NCBI GenBank assembly: GCA_963806225.1
Contig: CAWDXG010000004.1
Coordinates: 4,640,001-4,704,000 of the forward strand
Length of the DNA stretch: 64,000 nt
Source of the DNA: an uncultured delta proteobacterium
GTDB taxonomy: Bacteria; Myxococcota_A; Polyangia; Polyangiales; Polyangiaceae
Direction of reading: 5' to 3'
Shown: in pieces, positions 13,803-23,768 of the stretch
Layout: every line of letters begins with the position of its first letter
How positions within the stretch are numbered: the first letter of the stretch is position 1
Notes under the pieces: generated by a model
What the model was told of the DNA's origin: nothing
Database searches by the model: none
What the model saw: the letters and a program-made list of their open reading frames with translations, nothing else
Made by a program: the position numbers and the translations under genes

Positions 13803-14639
13803 GTGACGCGTTCGGCTCCCATCACGCTGTGCGGCTCGCTGTCGCTCCATCCCGTGTCGCTCGGTGCGAGCATGCACATGGCCGGCTACGCCGCACTCGG
13901 TCTTCCCTTTACCTACGTGCCCTTCGCCGTAGCCAGCGCCGACCTGCCCGGCGCGCTCGCCGGCATGCGCGCGCTCGGCATCCGGGGCTACGGCGTCTCC
14001 ATGCCGTTCAAGCTCGAAGTGATGCCGCTGCTCGATCGGATCGACGAGCTGGCGGCGCGTATCGGCGCCGTGAACACCATCGTCAACGACGACGGCGTGC
14101 TCGCCGGTCACAACACCGACGCCTGGGGTGCCGCGCGCGCGCTCGAGGAAGCCCTGCCGCTCGCCGGCCGTCGCGCTGTCTTGATTGGGGCCGGCGGCGC
14201 GGCGCGCGCGGTGGCGTTCTCGTTCTGTTCGGAGGGGATGCGCGTCCGCGTCGTCAACCGCACGCGCGACAAGGCCGAGCGGCTCGCTGCGGAGCTCGCT
14301 TCCGCCTTCGGGAGCGACGTGGCCAGCGCCGGCGGGCTCGACGCGCTGGGTGACCTCGACGGCTTCGACGCGCTGGTGAACTGCTCCTCCGCGGGCATGG
14401 ACGGCTACGGACCGAGCCCCGTACCTGCGGCTGCCCTCCGGCCTGATCTCGTGGTCATGGACATCGTCTACAAGCCGATCCGCACGCCGTTGCTCGAGCA
14501 GGCAGCCGCCCGCGGCGCGAAGACCGTCCACGGCGGCCGCATGCTGCTCTACCAGGCCTGCCGCCAGTTCGAGCTGTACACCGGGCGCGAAGCGCCGCTC
14601 GAGGCCATGGACAGCGCACTGCGTCGTGCGATCGGCTGA
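13803..14639 (+). CDS. aroE: Shikimate dehydrogenase
   Basis: VSMPFK, IGAVNTI, GHNTD, GAGGAARA, VNRT, DIVYKP and GGRMLLYQA; GTG start at 13803. Confidence 0.92.
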   Translation: MTRSAPITLCGSLSLHPVSLGASMHMAGYAALGLPFTYVPFAVASADLPGALAGMRALGIRGYGVSMPFKLEVMPLLDRIDELAARIGAVNTIVNDDGVLAGHNTDAWGAARALEEALPLAGRRAVLIGAGGAARAVAFSFCSEGMRVRVVNRTRDKAERLAAELASAFGSDVASAGGLDALGDLDGFDALVNCSSAGMDGYGPSPVPAAALRPDLVVMDIVYKPIRTPLLEQAAARGAKTVHGGRMLLYQACRQFELYTGREAPLEAMDSALRRAIG

Positions 14640-15106
14640 GAGCCCGATCGCTCCATCCGTGCCAACTCTGCAAACTTTTCAGAGGGCGTGCCAGGGTCTG
14701 ACACGGCTGCCAGGCCTTGCGCTGCCCCCCGTCGGGACGGGGTCGGGAAACCGCCAGAGTCCGCGGTCTTCAGCGTCCGGTTGTCAAAGTGGCACGAAGG
14801 CTGCTTTTGGTCGGGCATCTTCTGCCGCCGTGGCAAACGACCCGGCGACTTTGCTTGAGCCTTCGGGCTCCCTTCGTTGAGCTTCGAGTGCCCCCTACCC
14901 GGGCACTGAAAAAACAGGAGCTTGGCTTAACCTTCTTAACTTCCTCTTCTTTTCCTTGGCCCTCTGACTGTACGGCCGCGCTTTCGAGCTTGCCTGGGCT
15001 TTCGAGCCAAAACTGTTCCGACCCGGCGGTCCCCCCCGCCGGGTCTTCTTGCTTTGTGGGGCCGAAGCCTCCGGTTTGGGACCCCTTCTTGGCTTTTCCG
15101 ACTGAT

Positions 15107-15712
15107 TCAACGCCCGGGCGCTTGGGTGGATTCCGGTTGGGCCCGGATCCCGCCCCCTGATCGTGGGTCGTTGCCTGCCGGCCAGCCGAAGAGATGGTCG
15201 GCGGTGGCCTCGGCGTGGCATCGCTCGCACAGCGCCATATCGCTCTGGGCGCGGATGTGCCCGTCGGGGGCGAGCACCAGGTACTGCCAGCCTGCCGACT
15301 GCTTGTGCATCACGTACACCGGGCCGGGGGCATGCCCCTCGGCCTGCTCGTGGAACATGGCGACGATGCTGCCCACGGGCAGCGCCGCGCCGCGCGTCAG
15401 CGATAGGTAGGCTTTCCGCGCCTCGGGCGAGACGCGCACGGTCCCCAGATAGCGGCCTCCGCCGTGGTCCCTTGCCGGTCGTGGAGCCCCGAGGGCGGGC
15501 CAGCTCTTGACCTTCTCGAACGCTGGCCAGAGCGGCGCCGGTCTGGCGGTCGGGGTCGCGGGCGGACCAGTGCCGCCGCCCTGCGCGGCACTCGAAGCGC
15601 CCGGGTAGTAGTCTGCTGCGGGTCCGGCACCGCACGCCGTGAGCAGCGCCGCCGCCAGAACGGCTCGGGGATAGGCTGCGCGATGCAGGCCCGCATGGTA
15701 CCACGAGGGCAT
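15107..15712 (-). CDS. Cytochrome P460/c'-beta-like lipoprotein; true 3' end uncertain
   Basis: Lipobox LTAC; LPVGSIVAM...VYVMHK...GWQY...CERCHAEA..DHLF pattern typical of the P460 fold; runs into a low-quality region. Confidence 0.6.
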   Translation of the reverse strand: MPSWYHAGLHRAAYPRAVLAAALLTACGAGPAADYYPGASSAAQGGGTGPPATPTARPAPLWPAFEKVKSWPALGAPRPARDHGGGRYLGTVRVSPEARKAYLSLTRGAALPVGSIVAMFHEQAEGHAPGPVYVMHKQSAGWQYLVLAPDGHIRAQSDMALCERCHAEATADHLFGWPAGNDPRSGGGIRAQPESTQAPGR

Positions 15713-16633
15713 ATGGGTCGCTCCGGCGCGCACGCCCTCCTGCCCGCCGCCTTCGCCGCTCTGGTCGTGGCGTGCTCCTCGGCTCCTCCGGCGCCGCCGC
15801 CGCGGCTCGGGCCGCCCGAGCCGCTGCCGCCGCCGCGCGTGGTGGAGAGCCCTGGCCCGATCACCCCGACCTCGGGTGGCCTCGCGTCCGACGACGAACC
15901 GGCGCACGGCCGGGCGTGGCTGGGCGTCGAGCTCGCCGCGACGGGTCAGGGCGAGCCGGGCGTGAGAGTGCGGAACGTCGTGCGTGGCTCGCCGGCGGCT
16001 CGCGCCGGATTGCAGCAGGGCGACGTGCTGCTCCGGATCGGCGGCCAGGCGGTCGGATCGCCGGGGCAGGTGGTGCGCACAGTCCGTGCCCACAGCGCGG
16101 GCGAGCGGATCGCGGTCGCCTTCCGCCGCTCGCTGGGCGATCGGCTCGTCGCCGTCACGCTCGCGCCGCTGCCCGACGACGACACCATCATGCGCATGAG
16201 CTATGTCGGCGCGCCCGCGCCGCCGCTCACGGGGCTGAAGAGCGTGCAGGGCAGCCTCACGCCGCGGCTGGGCGCGCTGCGCGGCAAGGTCGTCGTGCTC
16301 GAGTTCTGGGCGCCCTGGTGCATGGTCTGCCGCGTGATGGCGCCCACGATGAACGACTGGGCCCAGCGCTATGGCGCGCAGGGCGTGGCCGTGATGGGCG
16401 TCACGATGACGCCGGTGCAGCAGGCGGCAACGGCCGCCTCGCAGATCGGCATGAGCTACCCCATCGCTTCGGACGAGAGCGGAGCGGTGACCCAGGCGTA
16501 CGGCGCCACGGCGCTGCCGACGCTGTTCGTGATCGACCGCCGCGGCATCGTGCGCGACGTGCTGGTCGGATATTCCTCGCCGCGCCTGCACGAGCTTGAA
16601 GCCGAGGTCGACCGGCTGGTGGCGGAGAGATAG
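15713..16633 (+). CDS. PDZ plus TlpA/thioredoxin-like lipoprotein
   Basis: Lipobox VVAC; PDZ motifs WLGV and GSPAARAGLQQGDVLL; TlpA motifs GKVVVLEFWAPWCMVC and LPTLFVIDRRGIVR. Confidence 0.9.
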   Translation: MGRSGAHALLPAAFAALVVACSSAPPAPPPRLGPPEPLPPPRVVESPGPITPTSGGLASDDEPAHGRAWLGVELAATGQGEPGVRVRNVVRGSPAARAGLQQGDVLLRIGGQAVGSPGQVVRTVRAHSAGERIAVAFRRSLGDRLVAVTLAPLPDDDTIMRMSYVGAPAPPLTGLKSVQGSLTPRLGALRGKVVVLEFWAPWCMVCRVMAPTMNDWAQRYGAQGVAVMGVTMTPVQQAATAASQIGMSYPIASDESGAVTQAYGATALPTLFVIDRRGIVRDVLVGYSSPRLHELEAEVDRLVAER

Positions 16634-16689
16634 TCCGGCGCACTGCGCTGCCGTCGTGAGGCGTCGTGGGATTGGTTTGTGTCCCGCCC

Positions 16690-16830
16690 GCCCACCCCCG
16701 CCGGAGTCCTCCCGGGGGGCTTCGCCCCCCGAGCCCCCCTCACGCGATTCGCTTCGCTCATCGCGGGCTTGCTGGCGCTGCGCCGCTTCGCGCTCGCTTT
16801 GCTCGCGGCTCCGCCCTCGCATTCGCTCGA
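16690..16830. repeat. REP-like GC-rich palindromic intergenic element
   Basis: Stacked hairpins gggggg-cttcg-cccccc and cgcgat-tcgcttcgctc-atcgcg, plus repeated cgcttcgc/cgctcgc motifs. Confidence 0.5.
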
Positions 16831-16854
16831 AATCCGGACTAACCGTGCGTCCTG

Positions 16855-18382
16855 ATGAAGGACGACCAGCTGGACCAGGCCATCGAGCGCGCCCAGAAGG
16901 GTGGCGCCCACAAGTACCACGAGAAGAACGCCGCGCAGGGCAAGCTCTTCGCCCGCGAGCGCATCGAGCTCTTGCTCGACGTGGGCTCGTTCCAGGAAGA
17001 CGCGCTGCTCGCCAACACGAACGCGCGCGATCTGCCCGCCGACGGCGTGGTGACCGGCATCGGCCGCGTCGGCGGCCGTGTCGTCGCCGTCATGGCCAAC
17101 GATTCCACGGTGAAGGCCGGCTCGTGGGGCAAGCGCACCGTCGAGAAGATCCTGCGCATCCAGGAAACCGCGATGCGCCTCGAGTGTCCGCTCTTCTATC
17201 TGGTCGACTCGGCCGGTGCGCGCATCACCGACCAGGTCGAGATGTTCCCGGGTCGCCGCGGAGCGGGCCGTATCTTCTACAACCAGGTGCAGCTCAGCGG
17301 CCGCGTGCCGCAGATCTGTCTGCTCTTCGGTCCCTCGGCGGCCGGCGGCGCGTACATCCCCGCCTTCTGCGACATCGTCGTGATGGTCGACAAGAACGCC
17401 AGCATGTACCTCGGCTCGCCGCGCATGGCCGAGATGGTCATCGGCGAGAAGGTCACGCTCGAGGAGATGGGCGGCGCCAAGATGCACACGTCCGTCTCCG
17501 GTTGCGGCGACGTGCTCGTCAAGACCGAGCAGGAGGCGATCGAGTTCGCCAAGTCGTACTTCGCCTACATGCCGCAGAACTTCCGCGGCGAGACGCCGCT
17601 GGTCGAAGCGCGCGCGCCGAAGCACGGAAAGCCCATCAGCGAAGTCATCGTGCGCGACGAGAACAAGCCGTTCGACATGAAGCAGGTGATCGACGCCATC
17701 ATCGACGAGGGCAGCTTCGTCGAGATCAAGAAGCGCTTCGCCAAGGAAATGATCACCGGCTTCGCGCGCATCGACGGGCGCGCCGTCGGCATCGTCGCCA
17801 ACCAGCCGCAGCTACCTCGGCGGCGTTCTGTTCGTCGACAGCGCGGACAAGGCCGCCCGCTTCATCTGGCTGTGCGACGCCTTCAACATTCCGCTGCTCT
17901 ATCTGGCCGACGTGCCCGGCTTCATGATCGGCACCAAGGTGGAGCGCCAGGGCATCATCCGCGCCGGCGCCAAGATGATCGCTGCCGTGAGTGAAGCCAC
18001 CGTGCCGAAGATCAGCGTTGTCGTGCGAAAAGCCTACGGCGCGGGCCTGTACGCCATGTGCGGCCCCGCCTTCGAGCCCGACGCTTGCCTCGCGCTGCCC
18101 ACGGCGTCCATCGCCGTGATGGGCCCGCAAGCCGCGGTCAACGCCGTCTACTTCAACAAGATCCAGGCCGTCCCCGAAGGCGAGGAGCGCGACGCCTTCG
18201 TCGCCAAGCTCCGCGAGGAATACAAGGAGGACGTCGATCTCTCCAAGCTCGCGAGCGAGCTCGTCATCGACGACGTCGTCCCGTTCGAGCGCCTGCGCAC
18301 CGATCTGTCGCGCCGCTTCGCCGACTACGCCGTCAAGAACGAGCCGCGGCCGCCGAAGAAACACCTGGTCCCGCCGGTGTAG
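16855..18382 (+). CDS. Acyl-CoA carboxylase carboxyltransferase (beta) subunit; one frameshift near 17810, probably an indel error
   Basis: ARERIELLLD, DGVVTG, LVDSAGAR, AAGGAY and EEMGGA; after the shift YLGGVLFVDSADKAARF, DVPGFMIG and RKAYGAGLYAM. Confidence 0.9.
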
Positions 18383-18416
18383 GCGCGAGCCGAGCCGGAG
18401 ATGCTACCCTCCGCTC

Positions 18417-20870
18417 GTGCGACGCCTTCTCCTGCTGTCCGTGGCCGCCGCTCTGCTCGTCGCGGCTGGGACGGCGCGCGCGCAGGTGGACGTGCGGTCC
18501 ATGGCGCGGGCGTTCGCGTCCGGCGCGGTCCCGCCGGCGTTCCGCGCGGCGGGGAGCCAGCGCGTTCCGGTCGTCGTGAGGAGCGCTGCGCCGCTTTCCG
18601 GCCCTGGTCTCGTCCACGTCTCACCGGGCTTTTCCGTGATGAGTGCGCCGCTCTCCGAGCTCGACGCGTTCGCCGAAGCGCACCCCGGCGCGCGCGTGAG
18701 CTGGGCGCCGCCGCGGCACGTGCTTCTCGACAGGGTCGACGGCTGGGTTCACGGAAGTGCGTTCCGCAAGCAGACGGGCGATTCCGGACAGGGCGTCGTG
18801 GTGGGGATCGTCGACACGGGCGTCGAGGTCGAGCATCCGGATCTGCGCAACGCCGACGGCACCACCCGCATCGCCTGGCTGCTGGACTTCTCGCGCGGTC
18901 CAGCCGGCCTGCACCCCGCGCTCGAGCAGCAGTACGGCTGCACCCAGGACCCGGGCTGCGCCATCTTCGATGCAGCCGATCTGGACAAGCGGCTGGGCGA
19001 CAACATCACGGGTGACCTGCCGACCGACTCGTACGGCCACGGCACGCATGTGGCGTCGCTCGCGGCAGGCAACGGGCTGTCGGCCAACCCGCCACGCTAC
19101 GTCGGCGTCGCCCCGGAGGCCACGCTCGTCGTCGCGCGCGTCACGCGCGCCGGCGGCGGCGACATCTACGACTCCGATATCCTGGTCGCCACGAGCTTCG
19201 TGTTCGACCGCGCCGCCGAGCTCGGCATGCCCGCCGTCGAGAACCTGAGCCTCGGCAGCGACTTCGGTCCGCACGATGGCAGCTCCGCGCTGGAACAGGG
19301 TCTGGCCTCGTTCGTTGGCGAGGGCAATCCGGGGCGCGCCATCGTGGTGGCGGCGGGCAACAGCGCCGGCATCTATCTCGGCGTCAGCAAGGACTATCCC
19401 GAGCCTTTCGGCGTGCACACCGAGGTGCACGTGCCGCGGCGCTCCAGCGTGCGGGTGCCCCTGCTCACGCCGCCCACGCGGGACGGCACCACCAAGGGCA
19501 GCGTCTACGTCTGGATCGCCACGCGCCCCGGCGACCAGCTCAAGGTCGGGCTCGACGACCAGGACGGGCGCTGGTTCGATCCGCTCGGACCGGGGGAGTC
19601 GGGCAGCCTCCAGAAGAGCGGCCTGACCGTCAACATCTTCGACGGCGTTACGGGCAAGGACAGTCCGCTCGGATCCAACCCGGACGGCGCCGTCGTGGTG
19701 CTCGACGGCAAGTGGCAGTCGGGTCGCGTCTTCGCGCTTCGGCTCGAGGGGCATGGCACCGCCGAGGTCTGGGCGCAGAGCTCGGGCGACATCTCGCCCG
19801 AGCTCGGCAGCATCGGCGCGCTATTCCCGCGCGCCACCAAGGAAGGCACCATCAACGTGCCCGGCTCGAGCCCCGCGCTGATCGCGGTCGGCGCGACGTT
19901 GAACCGCTTGAGCTGGCCCGACCGTTCCGGCCACATCGTGAAGGTCTCGTCGCTCGGCTCGGTCGACAATCCGGAGCCGGACTCGATGGCGTACTTCAGC
20001 TCGGCCGGGCCGACCGAAAACGGCTGGATGAAGCCCGACATCGTCGCGCCGGGCGTGTTCGTCATCGGCGCGATGAGTGATCTGGCCGACCCGTCGAAGA
20101 GCGGTGGTTCGGGCCTGTTCGCCGGTCAGGGCATCTGCCACACCGATGCCGATTGCCTGGTCGTGGACAACTACCACGCCATCAGCAGCGGCACGTCCAT
20201 GTCCGCTCCGATCGTGAGCGGCGCGGTCGCGCTGCTCTTCCAGCAGGATCCGACGCTGACCCAGGACCAGGTCCGGGCGCTGTTGCAGGCCGGGGCGCGA
20301 CCTCTCGAGGGCGCCGTGCCGTACGAGCAGCAGCAGGGGCCCGGCGCGCTCGATCTGGAGGGCGCGTTGGCCGCGCGCATCGCGGACAATTCGCCGATCC
20401 ATGTCGAGCCGACCGCCACCGGCAGTTGGCTCGACATGGCCTCCTCGTACCTGCATCCGGATCCGGCCTGGTCGATCAGCGGTGTGATCGAGCTGCGCGA
20501 CAACTCGGGCGCGATCGCCGACGGCTTCCCGGCCTCGCACCTCACGATCGCGGCGCGCGGCGCGCTGGTGACGGACAAGCTGGCGCGCGTGGCGCCCGGG
20601 CTCTGGCGCTTTGCGCTGAGCGCGCCAGCGGGCAGCGGCGGCAACACCGCCCAGCTCACTGTCCGTTACCACGACCGCGTGATCGCCCAGCGCACGCTGC
20701 AGATCGCGGTGGATCGCTGGGTGGCGCAGGGTGGAGTCGAAGCGCGCGGCGGCTGCTCGCTCTCCCCCTCGCCTGGACGCAGCGACGCCTGGGTCACGGT
20801 GCTGGTGTTCGGTCTGGTCGGCGTGCTGCGCCGCCGCCGGGCAAGTCGGCTTGCCGTGGCCAGTCGGTAG
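18417..20870 (+). CDS. Subtilisin-family (S8) serine protease with MYXO-CTERM-like tail
   Basis: Signal peptide; catalytic motifs IVDTG, HGTHVAS and GTSMSAP; oxyanion AAGN; C-terminal GGCS...hydrophobic...RRRR. Confidence 0.92.
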   Translation: MRRLLLLSVAAALLVAAGTARAQVDVRSMARAFASGAVPPAFRAAGSQRVPVVVRSAAPLSGPGLVHVSPGFSVMSAPLSELDAFAEAHPGARVSWAPPRHVLLDRVDGWVHGSAFRKQTGDSGQGVVVGIVDTGVEVEHPDLRNADGTTRIAWLLDFSRGPAGLHPALEQQYGCTQDPGCAIFDAADLDKRLGDNITGDLPTDSYGHGTHVASLAAGNGLSANPPRYVGVAPEATLVVARVTRAGGGDIYDSDILVATSFVFDRAAELGMPAVENLSLGSDFGPHDGSSALEQGLASFVGEGNPGRAIVVAAGNSAGIYLGVSKDYPEPFGVHTEVHVPRRSSVRVPLLTPPTRDGTTKGSVYVWIATRPGDQLKVGLDDQDGRWFDPLGPGESGSLQKSGLTVNIFDGVTGKDSPLGSNPDGAVVVLDGKWQSGRVFALRLEGHGTAEVWAQSSGDISPELGSIGALFPRATKEGTINVPGSSPALIAVGATLNRLSWPDRSGHIVKVSSLGSVDNPEPDSMAYFSSAGPTENGWMKPDIVAPGVFVIGAMSDLADPSKSGGSGLFAGQGICHTDADCLVVDNYHAISSGTSMSAPIVSGAVALLFQQDPTLTQDQVRALLQAGARPLEGAVPYEQQQGPGALDLEGALAARIADNSPIHVEPTATGSWLDMASSYLHPDPAWSISGVIELRDNSGAIADGFPASHLTIAARGALVTDKLARVAPGLWRFALSAPAGSGGNTAQLTVRYHDRVIAQRTLQIAVDRWVAQGGVEARGGCSLSPSPGRSDAWVTVLVFGLVGVLRRRRASRLAVASR

Positions 20871-20892
20871 CCTTCCCGGATAGGGTTGTCGC

Positions 20893-21420
20893 ATGCAGAC
20901 GATCCGCATTCTCTGGGCGGCTCTGATGGCCTCGGTCGTGATGTTGGGTGTGGTGTCCTTCGTGGTGTCCGGGCAGGGTCATTCGCCCCAGTTCGCGATG
21001 CTGATTGGATTGGGCGTCAGTGCGGTGGCCGAGGCCGTCATGAGCTTCGTGTTGCCAGCGAACGGCCTCAAGACCGGGTTCCGGACCTTCAGCGCCGAAA
21101 CGGTCGAGCGCTCCGCGCCGGGCGACGAGTCGGCGATGTTCGGCGGCCAGGCGACCACGCAGAAAGTGTTCAAGCACCCCGGAAAGGCCTTCAAGGCGGG
21201 GCTGATCCGCTACCAGACCGCGTTCATCCTGAGCCTCGCTCTGAGCGAAGCGGTGGCCATCAACGGCGTCATCCTCGCCCAGCTCGGTTTCGATCCGGTC
21301 GAGTTCCTGCCGTTCGTTGCCGTGGGCTTCCTGCTGATGGCCATCCGCTACCCCACCGAGGAGCGGATCATGGCCGTGATCGAGAAGGGAACCGGCGTCC
21401 GATTCCCGAAGCGAGGTTAG
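20893..21420 (+). CDS. Membrane protein, unknown function
   Basis: Four hydrophobic segments; typical GC3-rich codon usage. Confidence 0.75.
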   Translation: MQTIRILWAALMASVVMLGVVSFVVSGQGHSPQFAMLIGLGVSAVAEAVMSFVLPANGLKTGFRTFSAETVERSAPGDESAMFGGQATTQKVFKHPGKAFKAGLIRYQTAFILSLALSEAVAINGVILAQLGFDPVEFLPFVAVGFLLMAIRYPTEERIMAVIEKGTGVRFPKRG

Positions 21421-21636
21421 GCGGCAACCGTAGCAAAATGTCACGTTATTGTGGCATTTCGCTACGGTTCTAGCGCTCCTGACCCGGCGGAATCAGGGCG
21501 ATGATTGCCGTCAGCAGAACGGCGATCGACGCCCCTGGTTCGCCACGACGGCGGCTGGCCGTGCTACGGAGCCGCCGCAAATGCATCGCCGCCGTGCTCC
21601 CTCTTGTTCCGGCAGGCGTGCAAAGGAGTCCCCATC

Positions 21637-22959
21637 GTGTCCAGCAGCAGAGCATCGGGCAGGAAGAAGTCGTCCAATCACACGCGGGCGCTGATCCGTG
21701 GGCCCGCCTCGGCCTTCGACAACGCGCTGGTGCAGTTCAACCGCGCCGCCGAGATCATCAAGCTCAGTCCGGACCAGCTTGCGATGATCCGCGAGCCGCG
21801 GCGGATCGTGGAGGTGAAGCTGCCGGTGCGCATGGACGACGGCAGCATCCAGAGCTTCCGCGGCTACCGCGTGCAGCACAACATCGCGCGCGGTCCGGGC
21901 AAGGGCGGCGTGCGTTTCCATCCGAACGTCTCGCTCGACGAGGTGAAGGCGCTGGCGTTCTGGATGACGTTCAAGTGCGCCACCATCGGCATTCCGATGG
22001 GCGGCGCGAAGGGCGGCATCATCGTCGACCCCACGAAGCTCAGCGAAGGCGAGCTGGAACGCCTCAGCCGCCGCTACTTTGCCGAGATGATCGAGATGTT
22101 CGGCCCCGACCGCGACGTACCCGCGCCGGACGTGAACACGAACCCGAAGATCATGGCGTGGTTCATGGACACGTATTCCATGCACCACGGTGGCGACTAC
22201 CTACCGGGCGTGGTGACCGGCAAGCCGCTCGAGCTTGGCGGCTCGCTGGGCCGTTCGTCCGCCACGGCGCAGGGCATGGTGTTCTGCGTGCGGCGCGCGG
22301 CGACGTATCTCAAGCTCGAGCTGGGCGGCGCGACGGTCGCGATCCAGGGTTTCGGCAATGCCGGGTCCTACGCCGCCAAGCTGCTGGCGGAGCAGGGCTG
22401 CCGTATCGTCGCCATTTCGGATGTGGACGGCGCCTACGTGAACAAGAACGGTATCCACCCCGAGACGGCCATGGAGCACGTGGCGCGCCACAAGACGCTC
22501 AAGGGCTTCGACAAGCGACGCGGCGTGGAAAAGCTCGCCGACCCGATGAAGCTGCTGGAGATGCCGGTGGACATCCTGATCCCAGCCGCCCTGGAAAACC
22601 AGATCACCAAGAAGAACGCCTCGCGCATCAAGGCGAAGATCATTGCCGAGTGCGCCAACGGCCCCTGCACGCCCGAGGCGGACGACATCCTCGAGAAGAA
22701 GAACGTCTTCATCATCCCCGACATCCTGTGCAATGCCGGGGGCGTCGCGGTCTCGTACCTGGAGTGGGTGCAGAACCGGATGGGCTACTACTGGCGGGCG
22801 CAGCGCGTGATCGAGGATCTCGAACAGATGATGAACACCGCCTTCGATCACGTGCTCGCAACGAGCTTCGATCAGAAGGTCCCGATGCGTACGGCGGCGT
22901 TCATCGTCTCGATCGAACGCGTCGTGAAAGCCTCGGAGCTCCGCGGCCTCTACGCATAG
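21637..22959 (+). CDS. gdhA: Glu/Leu/Phe/Val (glutamate) dehydrogenase
   Basis: GYRVQH, GPGKGGVRF, GGAKGG, DVPAPD, VTGKP, QGFGNAG, AECANGP and PDILCNAGGV; AAGGAG RBS before GTG 21637. Confidence 0.93.
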   Translation: MSSSRASGRKKSSNHTRALIRGPASAFDNALVQFNRAAEIIKLSPDQLAMIREPRRIVEVKLPVRMDDGSIQSFRGYRVQHNIARGPGKGGVRFHPNVSLDEVKALAFWMTFKCATIGIPMGGAKGGIIVDPTKLSEGELERLSRRYFAEMIEMFGPDRDVPAPDVNTNPKIMAWFMDTYSMHHGGDYLPGVVTGKPLELGGSLGRSSATAQGMVFCVRRAATYLKLELGGATVAIQGFGNAGSYAAKLLAEQGCRIVAISDVDGAYVNKNGIHPETAMEHVARHKTLKGFDKRRGVEKLADPMKLLEMPVDILIPAALENQITKKNASRIKAKIIAECANGPCTPEADDILEKKNVFIIPDILCNAGGVAVSYLEWVQNRMGYYWRAQRVIEDLEQMMNTAFDHVLATSFDQKVPMRTAAFIVSIERVVKASELRGLYA

Positions 22960-23024
22960 CCGCCGAGCCCCCGCCCCGCGCCGTAGAGCTCGCGAAGCGA
23001 GCCCCCGCTCCCGCCGTAGAACGA

Positions 23025-23678
23025 CTAGTTCGCCTGCTCGCGGCGGCTTTCGGCCATCAGTGCGAGCACTGCGCACGCCATGGCGAAGCGCGGATCGATC
23101 CGGCCCTGGTTGGGCGACAGGTCGAGCGTGTACTCCTTGGCGAAGAAGCGCCACACCTGCTTGACGTAGGCGCAGTGCTGCTGCCCGATCTCGATGTGCC
23201 ACTTGCCGAGCAGGAGCGGGAACATGCGCCGGAGGAAGGACGAGCCGTCTTCCTGCATCAGGCCGATCGGCTGCTCCTGTTCGTCGAGCAGCTCCCAGGT
23301 GTCGCGGAACATGCTCTTCAGGCCCTTCTGCCGGATGATGCCGACGCGGGCGCCGGTGGCGGCGTCGAACACGTCGCGGATGAGGTTCATGGCGATCGCC
23401 TGCCGCGCCTTCACAACCATGACCGGCTGCGTCTGCGCCTCGTCGGCGAAGATGGTCATCTCCTCCTTCCACTTCATCACAGGCTTCTTGATGTACGCGA
23501 CCAGCATGCCGTCCGGCGCGTAGACGCGCGTCACGCGGCCGAGGAACGACCAGTACGAGCGCTTCACCGTGTAGTTCGGATGCGCGAACGGACCGGCGGC
23601 GAGGGCGGTGCCCTGCGCTTGCGCTACGACCTGCTGCGGCTGCGGATAGGGCTGTTGGGGGATGGGCTGTTGCTGCAT
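23025..23678 (-). CDS. LURP-one/scramblase-like (tubby C-terminal fold) protein
   Basis: Q/P-rich N-terminus; KEEMTIFADE...VKARQ...DVFD...GIIRQKGLKSMFRDTW...EYTLDL...DPRFAMACA pattern; GGAG RBS. Confidence 0.65.
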   Translation of the reverse strand: MQQQPIPQQPYPQPQQVVAQAQGTALAAGPFAHPNYTVKRSYWSFLGRVTRVYAPDGMLVAYIKKPVMKWKEEMTIFADEAQTQPVMVVKARQAIAMNLIRDVFDAATGARVGIIRQKGLKSMFRDTWELLDEQEQPIGLMQEDGSSFLRRMFPLLLGKWHIEIGQQHCAYVKQVWRFFAKEYTLDLSPNQGRIDPRFAMACAVLALMAESRREQAN

Positions 23679-23768
23679 GGGATCTCCTCCGAGGGGCCGT
23701 GAGGCCGTGAGCCAGGTGGCGCATGATACGCCGCCTCCTGGGCGATCTCCCCCGCTGACTGACCTTCG

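Noticed and set aside
17800..17820. Programmed ribosomal frameshift in the carboxyltransferase (also considered at 46510, 41828 and 42170)
   Set aside because: No slippery heptamer is evident, and indels are widespread in this window
22965..23021. Two short direct repeats (gagcccccgc...cgccgtaga) between gdhA and the convergent gene
   Set aside because: Only two imperfect copies; no evidence of function
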